A stretch of DNA of 64,000 bases from Octopus vulgaris (taxonomy: Eukaryota). Below are positions 1-13,077 of the stretch, in pieces. Within the stretch, counting starts at the first letter, position 1. The number at the start of each line of letters is the position of its first letter. The stretch is taken from the NCBI GenBank assembly GCA_951406725.2, contig OX597825.1, forward strand, positions 88,412,001-88,476,000, in the 5' to 3' direction. The notes under the pieces were generated by a model. That model saw only the letters and a program-made list of their open reading frames with translations, was not told the DNA's origin and did no database searches. The translations under genes and the position numbers were made by a program.

Positions 1-592
1 AGCAGGATGTGTTACAAATGAGATGTGCGAGATGAAACGCAATTTGTAAGGTATTACAAGCTATTACGCGCGAATATGACATATGTCAAAATATTCCCTG
101 CGCATAACATAAATATCCTACACTACTATGCAAGAAAACCTGTCTGACAGCTGAGCTTCGAGCAGAAGATGAATGTTTGAGGAAGCATGCAACTATATTT
201 TCATTTAGTGTGCTTGAAAATATTTGGAATCTGCTGTCAAACTTTGCTTCTTGTATTCGAAAGTGAAAACAAATTAATAAAGGTATATCATGCTTCCGTA
301 AATTCCTCTGACAACTTCAAAATACAAAAGTTAAATATTTCAAGAATTTGGAAAGTAAAATACATTGACTTCATATGGAATCCTGCAATTTTGAAATCGT
401 TGGATCTACGAATGCTATTTATAAGGATTCAGAACATATATACAATTCGACAACACATCATTTGGAGATTCGTGTAGAATGAAAAAAAAACTTTTAAGGT
501 ATTAAGAGATAAAAATGTCTACGTCATTTTGCGTTCAATAAGTCTTGCTTACTATATTCATAGATGGGAACTAAAAAGCATACATAGTGCCT

Positions 593-623
<31 letters not shown>

Positions 624-791
624 AATGCATCGGTCCCTCTAGATGAAGTTCTGAAAAACTATTTCTGGTGCATCCTTCGGTGCAGATGATCCTCGCTAGG
701 CGACTTGTCAAAAGGTACTCTCTAATTAAACTCTGTTTAAACGGCATACTACCAGGTGTTTACCCAATTTATAATTATATGTGAGTGCGTT

Positions 792-858
<67 letters not shown>

Positions 859-861
<3 letters not shown>

Positions 862-1030
862 ACAATCATTATCTCGATGAGATGCCGGAGCAGACTTCAG
901 CCACGGCATCCGAAACTCTGGGTTTGTTATGACAACCAACTAGTTATAACATATATTTATAGATAAATTCCCCTATTTTACATAATGTCGAGGTATCATT
1001 AATTCTTTTGTTGTCATATTACTATTAATA
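859..1030 (+). mobile_element. PLE-type 3'-end fragment with degenerate hammerhead-like motif; same family as the 9740-10040 palindrome
   Basis: tcgatga-GATGCCG...CGGCATC-c-GAAAC at ~875-916. The reverse complement aligns with 9740-9870 (shared agtaata..tgacaacaaaa and tctgctccgg.atctc). Flanked by (TA)n and (CA)n. Confidence 0.55.
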
Positions 1031-1117
<87 letters not shown>

Positions 1118-1649
1118 ATATATACGTAATATACATACCACGCATGTGCATCATTGTGTGCAATTTAGATGTAAATAATATACCCATACGCGTAATTACA
1201 GTTCATGCGAAGAGAATTATGCCTAATTTAACAAACGTAGCATCGCAATGACAACTGATGAATTCCAAACGTTATCACATAATTTTAGGAATTCGAACGT
1301 ATGAACTAAACTGAAATAGAATAATTAGAGATAAGAGAAAACAGATAAGAGATTAGGTATATTCGTTCAATCAAAATAGTTTAAACGATAAAAAAATAGA
1401 GGATCTCCAAACAGATCCGTTAGAAAAAATTTCATTCGTGAATCATTTTACGAAACCAGAAAATATTTCATATTATTTTGTGTAATGTTACTGTTGTAGA
1501 AATTATTTTCACTCACTCTGCATATATATTCTGTATGTATGGGTTTGTGCGTGGGTATATAAATATGTGTGTGTGTGTGTTTTGTCTGTCTGTCTGTGTA
1601 CGTACTCTCTCATAGACACACACACAACTTTTACAAGGAAAATATTGAC

Positions 1650-4140
1650 ACTAACTTCGATGTTCCGGCTTGTCTACCTTCAATAAATGATCCGATGTGT
1701 GTTCTGGTACTCCTTTATATTTCTGGATATTCATATTTACCAATTTCTCGAATTATCGTGTTTTTATATAGACTGTTGCTGAAAGCAAGAATCTACCTGT
1801 TTTCTATCCATTTGTTACAACAATGCACAGTCAATTTTACCTTTGATCCACTGACGAACTGAAATGTTACACTTTAAAATACAGGTAACATATCAATCAC
1901 TGACTTTTTTCCAAAGTCTATTTACGCCATCTATAAAATCTGAGCATACGTCGTATTGTAAGGAAGCTCCACATTTAAGAACTTATTTTCAGACCATGCT
2001 TAATATATCTACCAAGGTCAGTTTCTTAGATATTCCATTATCTTTTTAGCGTGACATTATGGCACTGTGGTACTGTGGCATTGTCTATCTCTTTTATTTT
2101 TTTTTTCACACCTCTAATTTTGATTGCACATATTTCACACTAAAATGTGTTTCTTCCGTCTCACTTTTATAGCTCTTAAATTCTTTGCATAATTATTTTT
2201 TCTGCAGATATGAGTAAGCCAATCTGCTGATCTGTGCACTATGCATATAGCAGAAAATTCTTTTATTTTGTAGTTTTTAATTTAGACAAAATTCCCATTT
2301 TCTGCGTGCTGTGTGTATCTGTGTTACTTTTTTTTTAGATGATTAAATATGTATATCGTTATAACCCCTAGATTGGTGTTATGTGTTTTTCCACATTATT
2401 AGTCATTCTAAGAACTCTCTATTTAATATCTTTTCTCCTTTACATTTTCTGTCACTTCCAGATCATTATATTTAGATAAGATCTCCATTTAATATAATGA
2501 TTTATGATCGTTTGCTGAAACAAATACATTGATACTAAACCTTGCAATAATTGGCGTTCATTTACAAAATTATCGATTTTATTTGATCTCCCTGCATAGC
2601 CTCATTGTTTAGTTACTTTGTTATACAGAACGGAAATTTCTGAAGATTGGGCATCTTATCTCTTTCTCTTTGGCTGTTTCTTAATGTTGACATCACTTCC
2701 GGTTTATTTAATCCGGTTCTCTTTTACCAGTAGTTAGGTGTTTCTCTCTTGTGAAATACTGGCTGCCAGAGACAGAACTCTCCACAACCTCGAAACACCA
2801 TTTCCTCTGACGTAATGTACGCTGCCTCATTACACGCTGTTTTTAAATATAATCCATCTTTACGGCCATCTGAGCATTTCCTGTCAATTTATTGTCCTGA
2901 AAATTGGCTAATTTTTTTAGTTTACTTATTCTGTGAAATATTATGTGTTGTAAAGTATTCTACGTAGTAGAAAATCATGTTTAAAATGTCTAGTCTCAGA
3001 TTCTACCCTTCTTTTAGACTTGGGTGCCAATGTTGGATTTCTCCTGAACGTGCCTGCGGCATGTTTTACCATTTTCTAATATATTACACTAGAAGTTAGG
3101 GATGTTATAATCTTCCAGTAACTTCCTATTCAATTTAGTTGCCGCTGGAGCACTTTTACTGCAATAGCTTTACATAAATATTTACATAATCTGTACTTTC
3201 TTTAAGAAGAATCATGCTTCTGCTGTTTCCTTCCATGACCTTTCGTCCTCTGAAAGTTTTTTTTTTCTTCTGTTTGTGTTGGATTAAATCCCATATTTTT
3301 ACAACTTTCTCGTAAAATTAATATTGCCTTGGTGCTTAACGGCGTGTTTTATTGACCATTTGCACACATTTTCACATATTTTTGCCTTTTTTGCTAGTGA
3401 TTTTTACTTAAGGCGTTCTTCACTTTAAAGAACATGCTTATATATTATTTTTATAATTCTGTAACATTTCTGCTTTTTTTTGTGTCAATTAGTCACGATT
3501 TTCTCTGATTTCATAACGATATGATATATATTTTTTCTTCTGTGTTTTATCATATGCTTCTCCATATTTGCATGTGTTGTGATTTTTCCATGAATAGATG
3601 TGAGGCATCAGCCCACATTACACAGCAACTACAGTGGTTGATGTATATATTATTAAATTTAACCCGAGGATATTGACGTTCGTGTCTGTTTTCAAGTGTG
3701 GTGGCCACGCCTGCATTCCTTATTGTTATTTGTTCGTTTGATTTTATACAAGTGGTATACATTCCTATGAATATGATCTATTGATTTCAATTCTTTAATC
3801 ATTTCTACATTTAGATTATTGTTAGGTACATGAATCCAATCTTAGGAATTTCCTGTTCAAAAATCTAACATATTGTTGATTTTCTTTTTAATATTTCTGT
3901 TGTTCTGGTTCTATTTTCGTTGGCATTCGACACTTGTTCTGCTCTTTGGTTTTGTTTTATTGGTGTTATTTCTCACGTGTGATGTCGATCTTCGTGATTT
4001 ATTTAATGATTATTTTTACTCTGTTTTGTTCGTTAAGCGCGTTTTCGATGCACATTTTTTTTCTTTAAAAAACCTTATTACGGATTATGAATTTTTCATT
4101 TTATTTTGGGAAATGGAAACTTGTAACATTTTCCTTCAGT
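1650..4140 (-). pseudogene. possible very old, heavily decayed LINE ORF2
   Basis: Long microsatellite-free stretch, A-rich on the minus strand. Scattered motif echoes appear in the expected order: NAGVA (~3710), KSAP (~3150), FLLYA (~2245). No long ORF. Confidence 0.25.
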
Positions 4141-4239
4141 AGCCGCCTTTCCACTGTATTTGAAGTATGTAACTGAGAACATTTACGCATGCTACAAGTA
4201 TAAGCAATATCTAGGTATGTCGATTTTGCGAAGTGTGTA

Positions 4240-4310
<71 letters not shown>

Positions 4311-5216
4311 CTATGCATGTATGTATGTATGTATAAAGAAATAATCAATGTCATGCTTAAATTATTAAAGTTTAATCAATTTCGTTAAATAAATTAAATG
4401 AAACAGATTGGATGTTAAAATGGATTATGCTTTTAGTTCATATTCCCAGACAAATGTTTCGGACTGAAGGATCAGGATTTACATGACGAGAACATCATAA
4501 AGGTCGAATGTTTACTCTACAGTAAGTGAGATTTAAAGTCAAATAAAAATTTTAAAAAATTTCATTTAAAATATACATAGAATTTTTTTCTAACCTATCA
4601 TTATTATTTAGGTATCTTTATATTCATTTTTTCCATTCACAGTTATATGAATCGAGACTCAAAACTTTGAAGGGCTTGCCTGCTTATATATCTAATATTC
4701 AATTTTAGACTTCCTCGCTATTAAATCCAACATATATTTATTTTAAAAAATCCTTATAGAAAATACTGGTCAGAAATACTAAACAAGGAGCTATATGTTA
4801 TTTGAAAATCATATTTAAGAAATTGTTAACCGTCATCTGTCACTTCTACTATATTTTTCAGTAAATAGGAAGCTAGTACAAGGATGTCAGATTGATGAAT
4901 AGTTTATATAGTTCTTTTTTTTATTTATTTAAGTATTACGTAAAAGTCAATAATCGATCGCCAGCCATATATATACATGCGCACATACATACAAACATAC
5001 ATACGTACATATATATCATGAACTAACTGTTACTTTCTCAGATGCTGCACGGAACTTTGTCAGTGAACAGGTCGCGGTCTGAAAGCGACGAAAATATTTT
5101 GACAAATTAAATTTAAATGTTGAAGTCAATCTAACGGTGTTTGTGTGTTTCTTAAATGGCTTATACACCTTCCACGCTGCAATTGATTTTGTATATATAT
5201 ACATATATCTATATCA

Positions 5217-5331
<115 letters not shown>

Positions 5332-5696
5332 TCTATATATATACACACACTCACAACACACACACATATATATATATGACCAGCTTGGTTTACCATTTTT
5401 AAAAAGCAAGAATCATTTACTATTGAAAGTCTGACCAGCTGCAAAGTTGTAAACACATTTTTTCTTCTTTCACTCCTCCTTCTTCCCTTTCTTCCCTTTT
5501 CCATTGACACGCCTTTCAGATACACAGACACCCACCCACACGCGCGCACATGCACACACACACTCTCACTCTCTCACTTTCTCCCCATTCCTCACCCTCT
5601 TGTACTATCTTATATCTCTCCCCACCCCAACATTTAATTATATATTTGTGTGTGTGTGTACATAAACATATATATAAATATACATATATATAAATA

Positions 5697-5960
5697 TTGG
5701 GTTGGCAACTAAATTCCCACTGTTTTTTTAAATATTGGAATTTATTTCGTTTTTAAATTTTGTAATCTATTTTTGTTTTCGAGAATTGTATTTTTAATCA
5801 TTTTGGAATCTGCTTCCTCTTTTTTCTAGTTAATTTTATTCAATATTTGTTCATTTTCATATCATTAAATTGGAATGTCAAGTTAAGAAAAACTAGCATT
5901 TTCGACAGATCCTTTTGTTTCTAATCAAGGTTCTAAGGCTGCAAAAGCTGCAGATTTCTC
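5697..5960 (+). mobile_element. mariner 5' fragment (left TIR plus transposase N-terminus)
   Basis: TA followed by TTGGGTTGGCAACTAA (mariner-type TIR). From ~5871 the sequence reads ECQVKKN*HFRQILLF..NQGSKAAKAA, a mariner HTH N-terminus. Confidence 0.75.
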
Positions 5961-6144
5961 TGTATTTTTAAATTGATGTAATGATTGCATTGTTCAAAGA
6001 AATGGAGATGCATGAAACGATCGTACTGCATTACCTCTGGATATCCTTGGTTGTTATTTTGATTTTAATCCCCTTACTTTGAAATTGTATGGATAATACC
6101 GTACTAAACTCTGGTACCTCAACTATAGTACCATATTCATCTGA

Positions 6145-6227
<83 letters not shown>

Positions 6228-6599
6228 TGAGAGAAAGAGGAAAGAATGGAAAAGTGACATTAAAAATTATTGTTAGGAAAATACTTATAAATGGAATGTA
6301 GGCAGATATCATCTTTTAATAGGAGGCAGAATTTTATCGACATATAGTAAACTAGGTGTATTTGAAGTGTGTATGTATGCATTCACTAATGTATAGGGCC
6401 ATTTTGCATAGAATAAGAGGCTTTCCATGACCTGACTCTCATGTATAAATTGTCTGTCCTCTGCATATCTAAACTGATACGTTTATAGAAACTATATACT
6501 CTAACATTCAAGGAGACATTTCTTATTGTTGAAGATGTGTTTGATTTTGTGCGTATACGTGTTAACGTATTATGGAAGAGGTTCGGCATTATATAGACT

Positions 6600-6940
6600 C
6601 TGTTCTATCACAAAAGAATTCCTTTGTCGAATCGTCTTTTCTCACTAGCTCATAGCCTGCTTCAAATCTCCACTTGTATTGTTCAACTCAATGCTTTCAT
6701 TATGTTGAAAGTATTTTCAAGTATTTACATGATTGATATATTGTCTGTGTGTCGTACAAGTGCCGACAAAAGATAAAATATAAGATACATCTCCTGAATA
6801 TTTCATGTTACAACTTTTCCTTTTCCGACGGATAATAGGGCACGGTAGTTTGCAAAGTTTTCCTGTTCGCTTCTCTGTCAGCGTTGCTTTGTATTTACAT
6901 ATTGCATGCAAAAAATCACGGAAAGCCTAACAGTGCAAAC
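6600..6940 (-). pseudogene. possible decayed non-LTR RT fragment
   Basis: Minus-strand frame at ~6810-6865 reads NFANYRALLSVGKGKV, resembling the NYRxISLLSVxGK motif of LINE RTs. The remainder is not interpretable. Confidence 0.25.
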
Positions 6941-7419
6941 AATAAAATTACTGATAACAGAATAATTTTAAATTCATATTATATACAGAAATGATAAAGT
7001 TTAACATTAATACTGATCGAGCATGTATTTGAAGACGAACATTTGATTTCCTTTCTAAAAATGCAATTTTATGTATAATATATCAATGTTTCTGAATTTT
7101 AAGCATCATTCATATTTTCCTATCATTTCACTGTATACAGTAATTTCCCGTTCATCAAGGTGACAATACAATGTACATTTCTGTCAACTTGCATACATCG
7201 TGGAGAAAATATCCAGATATCACTCTATGTCTGACGACTGCTGAATATTAAGTTTCTAATTGTTTAGATAAATAAAACAAAACGAGGAAAACCTCTAACA
7301 TATTTTTTACAATTTATCAACAATTTTCTGCTCTGAATCGTATTTCAAATTGAAATACATTGTGCAATACTTAACGTATTTTTATTCAATAAATGTATAT
7401 ATGTATACCTATACATACA

Positions 7420-7478
<59 letters not shown>

Positions 7479-7494
7479 ATATATATATATATAT

Positions 7495-7688
7495 GTGGAG
7501 GCGCAATGGCCTAGTGGTTACGGCAGCGGACTCGCGGTCGTAGGATCGCGGTTTCGATTCCCAGACCGGGCGTTGTGAGTGTTTATTGAGGGTGGTGATC
7601 CCTGCTGTACTCTTTCACCACTCTTTCTTCAGTGACTAGCGATGTGTAACTACATCTGATGGACTGGTCGGTCACGTGATCACGTGAT
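7495..7688 (+). mobile_element. tRNA-derived SINE
   Basis: Box A TGGCCTAGTGG and box B GTTTCGATTCC at tRNA spacing, followed by ccagaccgggc, which is shared with the SINE at 53461. Flanked by TA repeats. Confidence 0.85.
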
Positions 7689-7693
7689 ATATA

Positions 7694-8693
7694 TATTTCA
7701 GTTATTGGGATTACAATCAATAGATTTGTGGGTATTCCATTTCAGATAACGCAAAAAGGACATAACGAGTCTTTATGATGGGAACCTCGTGGTATTTATA
7801 TAGACATAAATCCATAACACTTGAGGATAAAAGCAGTACTATAGCTGGGTATAAAATATACTACCTTAATAAGCCCTTACTTGATTTGAAATTATAATTA
7901 GAAAGGAACTACACGTGTTCCTGTACTGGAAGATCAGAATATATGTAATCATCAAATTTATAATTCTACCAACACTTCTACCAAAATATTGTTCACCATA
8001 AATCACCATAAATATTAAGCGTTAAATTGAAAATAAACTTTACATAATTAATAATTAAAAATTATAAATATAAATTAGCCTATATATATCAAGCTTAGAA
8101 AGTCAAATACAAAATTATAAATCAGAATGAGGAGGACTGTGATGAAACGTAAAAAATAACGGTAAATATCCACTTGTGATAGGACAAGATGTCATTCAAA
8201 ATGGCAATTAGCGGAAGTGATTATAGCAGAGCACTATGGGAATTTATAGGTGATTATTTCTAAGTGGAGTAATTCGACTATGCCTTGTTTAAGTAAAATT
8301 ATCGGCTTCTATTATTATATTCTATCCAACTATATTGAGAGTGATATATAATTTAATAATGTAATATTTCAAAATATTTAATAAATATTATTTTTAAGTT
8401 TTCATTCAACGTTTAATTTTTATGGTGATTTAAAATAGCTGAACAATATTTTGAAAAATGAACCTGAAGAAGTGTTGGTAGAATTATAAATATAATGATT
8501 ACAGATATTCTGATCTTCCAATACAGAAACACGTGTACTTGCTATTCTACTGGTTTTATCCTCACATATTATTTTTTGATGTGCCTATAATTATCACGGG
8601 TTTTCCATCATAAATACTAGTTACGTTCTTTTTTCATTATCTGAAATGGAATACACGCAAACCTATTGACTGAAAATCCCTATAACTGAAATA
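7694..8693. mobile_element. 1-kb foldback element (inverted arms of ~300-350 bp) containing a hammerhead motif; probable PLE inverted pLTR
   Basis: 7694-~8045 is the imperfect reverse complement of ~8395-8693 (tatttcagttat.ggga / tccc.ataactgaaata; tataattctaccaacacttct / agaagtgttggtagaattata). Confidence 0.8.
8460..8541 (+). ncRNA. type I hammerhead ribozyme-like motif
   Basis: gaac-CTGAAGA-a-GTGTTGG...CCAATAC-a-GAAAC-ACGT-GTA, with palindromic stem III ACACGTGT. The left-arm copy preserves the stem I partner gttc. Confidence 0.65.
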
Positions 8694-8953
8694 TTATTAA
8701 TTTCTATTATTATATATTTTGTATATTTCTGTATAAATATATATATAAATATATTATAATCATGACCCCACTGAACGACATGGTGGTGTGGAATACGTGG
8801 TATATATTTTCCGTATTAAAAGGCATGAAATGTTAAAGGGTGTGTACCTGATCGATGAGGAAATTCATTTTCCCACATTATTCAAATTATATACATACGT
8901 ACATACATATACATATATTTATATATATATATATACATATACATATACACACT

Positions 8954-9006
<53 letters not shown>

Positions 9007-9024
9007 ATACACATATACACACAC

Positions 9025-9059
<35 letters not shown>

Positions 9060-9102
9060 CACATATACATATAGATATATAGATATATAGATATATACAC
9101 AT

Positions 9103-9137
<35 letters not shown>

Positions 9138-9199
9138 CACAGTTGTGAATGCTGTGAATTTGTACTTCCTGGTGTAAAGACGCGTGTTGAAATATTGTA

Positions 9200-9693
9200 T
9201 TTCGTGATGAAATACTTTGCCTTCAATTAAGTTTGAAAGCACGAAAGATATGCGTAAAATATCTCAGACAGTATATATAGGAAATAGATTAACATGAAAA
9301 GTTGATGGAAGGATTTCAGTTCGATATTTCAAAAATAGAATGATGAGATCATGGACCTTAGGAAGGTAACTCACCAGTAGGCATGAAAGAGTTCAAATTA
9401 AATATCTACTTTATAATTCAGTGTTAGTGTTAGTGTTAGAGGTAAATATGTTAAAACAAAACACATGTTATATATGAGAGCTCTCTTTGTAGAAATGTTT
9501 GAGTTCAGGTTATGGTCGTGACCCTTAACTGTAGTAATGTCTCTCACTTATGAACTGATGAAGACAATATGTTCTACATGCCGGAGTTAATATCAATATT
9601 TTATATTCTGATATTGACTATTCGCCCACACTCTTCTATCGATCTTCCAAGATATAATATTCATGTACTTAACCTTTATCGCCCCCCTCTCTC

Positions 9694-9696
<3 letters not shown>
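9200..9696 (+). repeat. inverted duplication arm A (partner 16385-16877)
   Basis: Colinear reverse-complement match over ~490 bp, e.g. ggaaatagattaacatgaaaagttgatggaaggatttcagttcgatatttcaaaaataga is exact. Confidence 0.9.
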
Positions 9697-9742
<46 letters not shown>

Positions 9743-9800
9743 TGATAGTAATATTATGACAACAAAATTATCTTTAATATAATATGTGACAATTATTCAC

Positions 9801-10027
9801 TTGCCAGAATAAAACTCCGAATTTCGCATATCGGGGCGGAAATCTGCTCCGGTATCTCGTCAATTATTAAGACAAACAAAAATTCTATGAAAATGACGGT
9901 TAAACAAAGGGAAATTACCTTTGCTTAACGGTCATTTTCATAGCATTTTTATCTGTCATAATAACTAGCGAGATGCCGGAGAAGATTTCCGCCCCGATAT
10001 GCGAAATTCGGAGTTTTCTTATGGCAA
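9801..10027. repeat. 227-bp palindrome made of two divergent hammerhead-like motifs
   Basis: Arms pair symmetrically about 9914 (caaagg-gaaatta-cctttg). Minus strand 9808-9868 reads aataa-TTGACGA-gataccg...cgatatg-c-GAAA-ttcggagt-t-ttatt. The plus copy at 9960-10020 has a more decayed core. Confidence 0.85.
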
Positions 10028-10059
10028 CCGAGAGATTTTCAGATATAATGATATATATA

Positions 10060-10700
10060 TATGAAAGAAAATTAGAAAATAGAGATATCTAAATTAATAA
10101 TTATTTATTAATTACAAAATTAGACTTCATCTGTGACAACTGTTTCGATTCAAAACATTACAATTTAATTAGTATAAATGAAAACGTTATAAAGTTGAAT
10201 CTCGTCGGAGATAAAGAAATACACACCATTACATTTTCATATCTTCGTGTGTTGAGTGGAAGGAGCGTATTCGCTCAGCGATTAATGTTTTATAGAAACA
10301 ACATGGTATAAACTTTACAAGGGGTCGTGACTCATGTAGTATGTTTAGAGAAGATATTATAAAAATGAAAATAAAGAATAAAATATAGTTATAAAGCATA
10401 TATTTATATGAAATATATTTAACTATCAAATAAAGTTAATTGCGAAAGTAAGTATAAGAATTTAAGTAATACAATATATTATGGATTGTTCTTAAAAGTA
10501 TAAAATAAGCAATATGTTAATTAATCTTTTACTTAACCTATAATTAATTATGAAGAACAAATAGGGTTAATATATTTATAATAGCTTATAAATATTTAAG
10601 TAATTAATGTGTATAAATGTGTAAAAAATATAAGTATAAATGGGTAATATAATAGGTAAAAAATATATTTTTTGAGTGCATATATAATATAAATACAATG
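10060..10700 (-). mobile_element. PLE 3' UTR remnant with hammerhead motif (10129-10212)
   Basis: Minus strand: atct-CCGACGA-GATTCAA...TTGAATC-GAAAC-AGTT-GTC-acagat. Same architecture as the motifs at 36841 and 62705. The upstream boundary is uncertain. Confidence 0.6.
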
Positions 10701-10821
10701 CAGCATTAATATATGTATAGAGACGCAACAAAAATGCAACAAGAATATACGATAATAATAGAGGATATAGAAGTAGATAGGCAAATACGAATTCTGTTAT
10801 TACTGAAATCAGATTTGTCTA

Positions 10822-11378
10822 CCGAAGTACAGGCAGAAAGATATTCAAATTATGTATACAATTATTTGAACTCTACAGATGATACTACCAGCCCTTGGGC
10901 TAATCCAGAAACACGTGGTTTAAATATACGGTCAACAATATACTCCGGTACACGACAGGAGCAGGTTGCGGGAGACTTGAATGGTAAATAAACCAATAAC
11001 AAGCGAAGGATATGTATCAATTCATTGCAGCTGTTTCCAATAAATTTGTTAACTGGTTAATGGGTAATTCGTTAATTATAAAAAAAAGATCCGTTTTCTT
11101 CGGATGGATACAGGAGCCACCATATTTAAAACATTTAAAAACATGGCAAATGCATATTTCGTTATTCCACGAACTACGCTGGTCGTAGAATGAGTTTGCC
11201 AAATCAGATAAGTGGTCTTATAGCAGAAGAGAGCACGACGTGGGTAGCTTGTATTTAAGATGTATAGCATTGAAGGGGATTAGTCGGCATCTCCAGAATT
11301 AAGAAATAATCCTGTTTTTCTTATGATAAAATTCAACCAGAGATATAGGGTTAAATGCGAAAGATGAGGTTCAAAGTT
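10822..11378 (+). repeat. inverted duplication arm B (partner 14100-14670)
   Basis: Colinear reverse-complement match, e.g. aattcaaccagagatatagggttaaatgcgaaagatgaggtt and gagtttgccaaatcagataagtggtcttatagcaga are exact. Confidence 0.9.
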
Positions 11379-11723
11379 CTTTTATTTATATATCTATTTA
11401 ACATCCTTCCCATGCCAGCTTTACTACTACGAGAATGTCTGATAGAGACATAAAGACCAGAATACTACAACAGGGTGGAAAGGGGGATAGGAATAAAGAT
11501 GGTATTCATTGTGTAATAAAAGAAGAAGGAAGTGTACAATCAATGGCGTAGGATAACGCCATTACATCAAAGCAAAGCCATGAAAGGAAGAGAGAGAGAC
11601 TATAATAGACAAAAATTAAAGTAGAAAATTGGGTTGCAACAAAAGGTATGGGGTTATAATAAAAGAATTTTGGGGATAATAATAAAAATGGAATTGGTAA
11701 AAATTATATAAATCTGGAAATAT

Positions 11724-11724
11724 G

Positions 11725-11785
<61 letters not shown>

Positions 11786-11799
11786 TAATAATAATAATA
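11724..11799. repeat. (AAT)n microsatellite
   Basis: Directly visible trinucleotide run. Confidence 0.95.
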
Positions 11800-12443
11800 A
11801 GCGTATGGCAAATTATAAAGTTAATTATAGAAGGTTAGGAATAGTGCAATGGACGTAAGATAACATAAATAATGCAAAATAACGAGATAGAGCACAATGG
11901 CAGGGGTCGTGTATGTTTGGAGCATAAGAAGAATGGTAATGAAATAATCGTAGAATAATATGACAATATAATACACAAACTCCATAAGTAAAATACAATA
12001 TGAATAAAATACCAAAATTAATATCTAACTATTGATTATTAATAGTCAAACGTAGAGAAGAATAGTATATATATATATAAAAAAGTATTTAAAAAAATAT
12101 TATGAATGTACACAACAATCGTAGCAAGGAGTACAAAACAAAGTAGGATTACTAGCGTAATATTAGAAATTATGATGTTAATAAACATTCCAATGCAGTT
12201 TATTGTCGAAGCAGCAGCAGCAGCAGCTGTATGGTGATGAAGTTCATAATCGGATACGCCTTTGACATCTCGTTTTCTTATATGGAGACACGAACACACA
12301 CACGCACGCAGATACACGTGTATATATATATAATTATTTATTAATAATATAAGGGTAAATAATTATTAATTATAAAACCAACAATTATTTCCGGGTAGAT
12401 TTCGGTATGCAAATATAACCATTATCGGTTTAAAAAAGTTCTA

Positions 12444-12497
<54 letters not shown>

Positions 12498-12587
12498 GGC
12501 AAGCAACAGGTTGCTTAGCCACATGCTGAAAAATTAGAAATAGCAGTCAAAGACCGCTTATTTCTATTTTCTACAAACAAATATAAT

Positions 12588-12620
<33 letters not shown>

Positions 12621-12765
12621 TTAGAGAGAGAGAGAGAGGGAGAGAGAGGGGAGAATCAGAGAGAGAGAGAGATAAATAGGCATAGATATACACACACATG
12701 TGTGTGTATATATATAGACAGGGTGTTGTAGTTCGTTGGAAGCATTGTGTATTGCTTGTGCAATG

Positions 12766-12912
12766 TAACGTGCCTGGAATAGCTCAACAGTGCAGAGTGG
12801 ACTTTAATAATTGTTATAAACAATTTAATTATTCATATTTTATGAATAATTAACTTACTCATAACAGTTATTATAGTCAATTCCGCATTGTTGAGTCATT
12901 CCAGACACGTTA
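12766..12912. repeat. 147-bp imperfect hairpin (MITE-like)
   Basis: taacgtg.ctggaat...aattattcata-ttt-tatgaataatt...attccag.cacgtta, symmetric about 12839, with TA at both ends. Confidence 0.85.
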
Positions 12913-13015
12913 TATGATATATGAAGACTGAGGGTTTCGAATGTCCTGTCCGTGTTTATTGTATCGTCTTCTAAGAGTTGTACGTTCTTGTCCATGTTGT
13001 ATTTTTCTACATACC

Positions 13016-13077
<62 letters not shown>

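Noticed and set aside
1255-1302. CTGATGAATTCC...GGAATTCGAACGT as a hammerhead
   Set aside because: The core and stem overlap, GAAA is incomplete and there is no stem I; it would need two deletions.
4440-4500. Minus-strand GAAAC-ATTT-GTC-tgggaata as a hammerhead half
   Set aside because: No CTGANGA or stem I partner found at a suitable distance; at best a remnant.
7495-7570. Functional tRNA genes at 7495, 52498, 53461 and 59089
   Set aside because: No convincing acceptor stem or poly-T terminator; each continues into a SINE body.
9555-9580. CTGATGA plus hairpin (GGACA-ata-TGTCC in the 16508-16528 copy) as a hammerhead
   Set aside because: The stem is followed by TACATG rather than GAAA in both copies.
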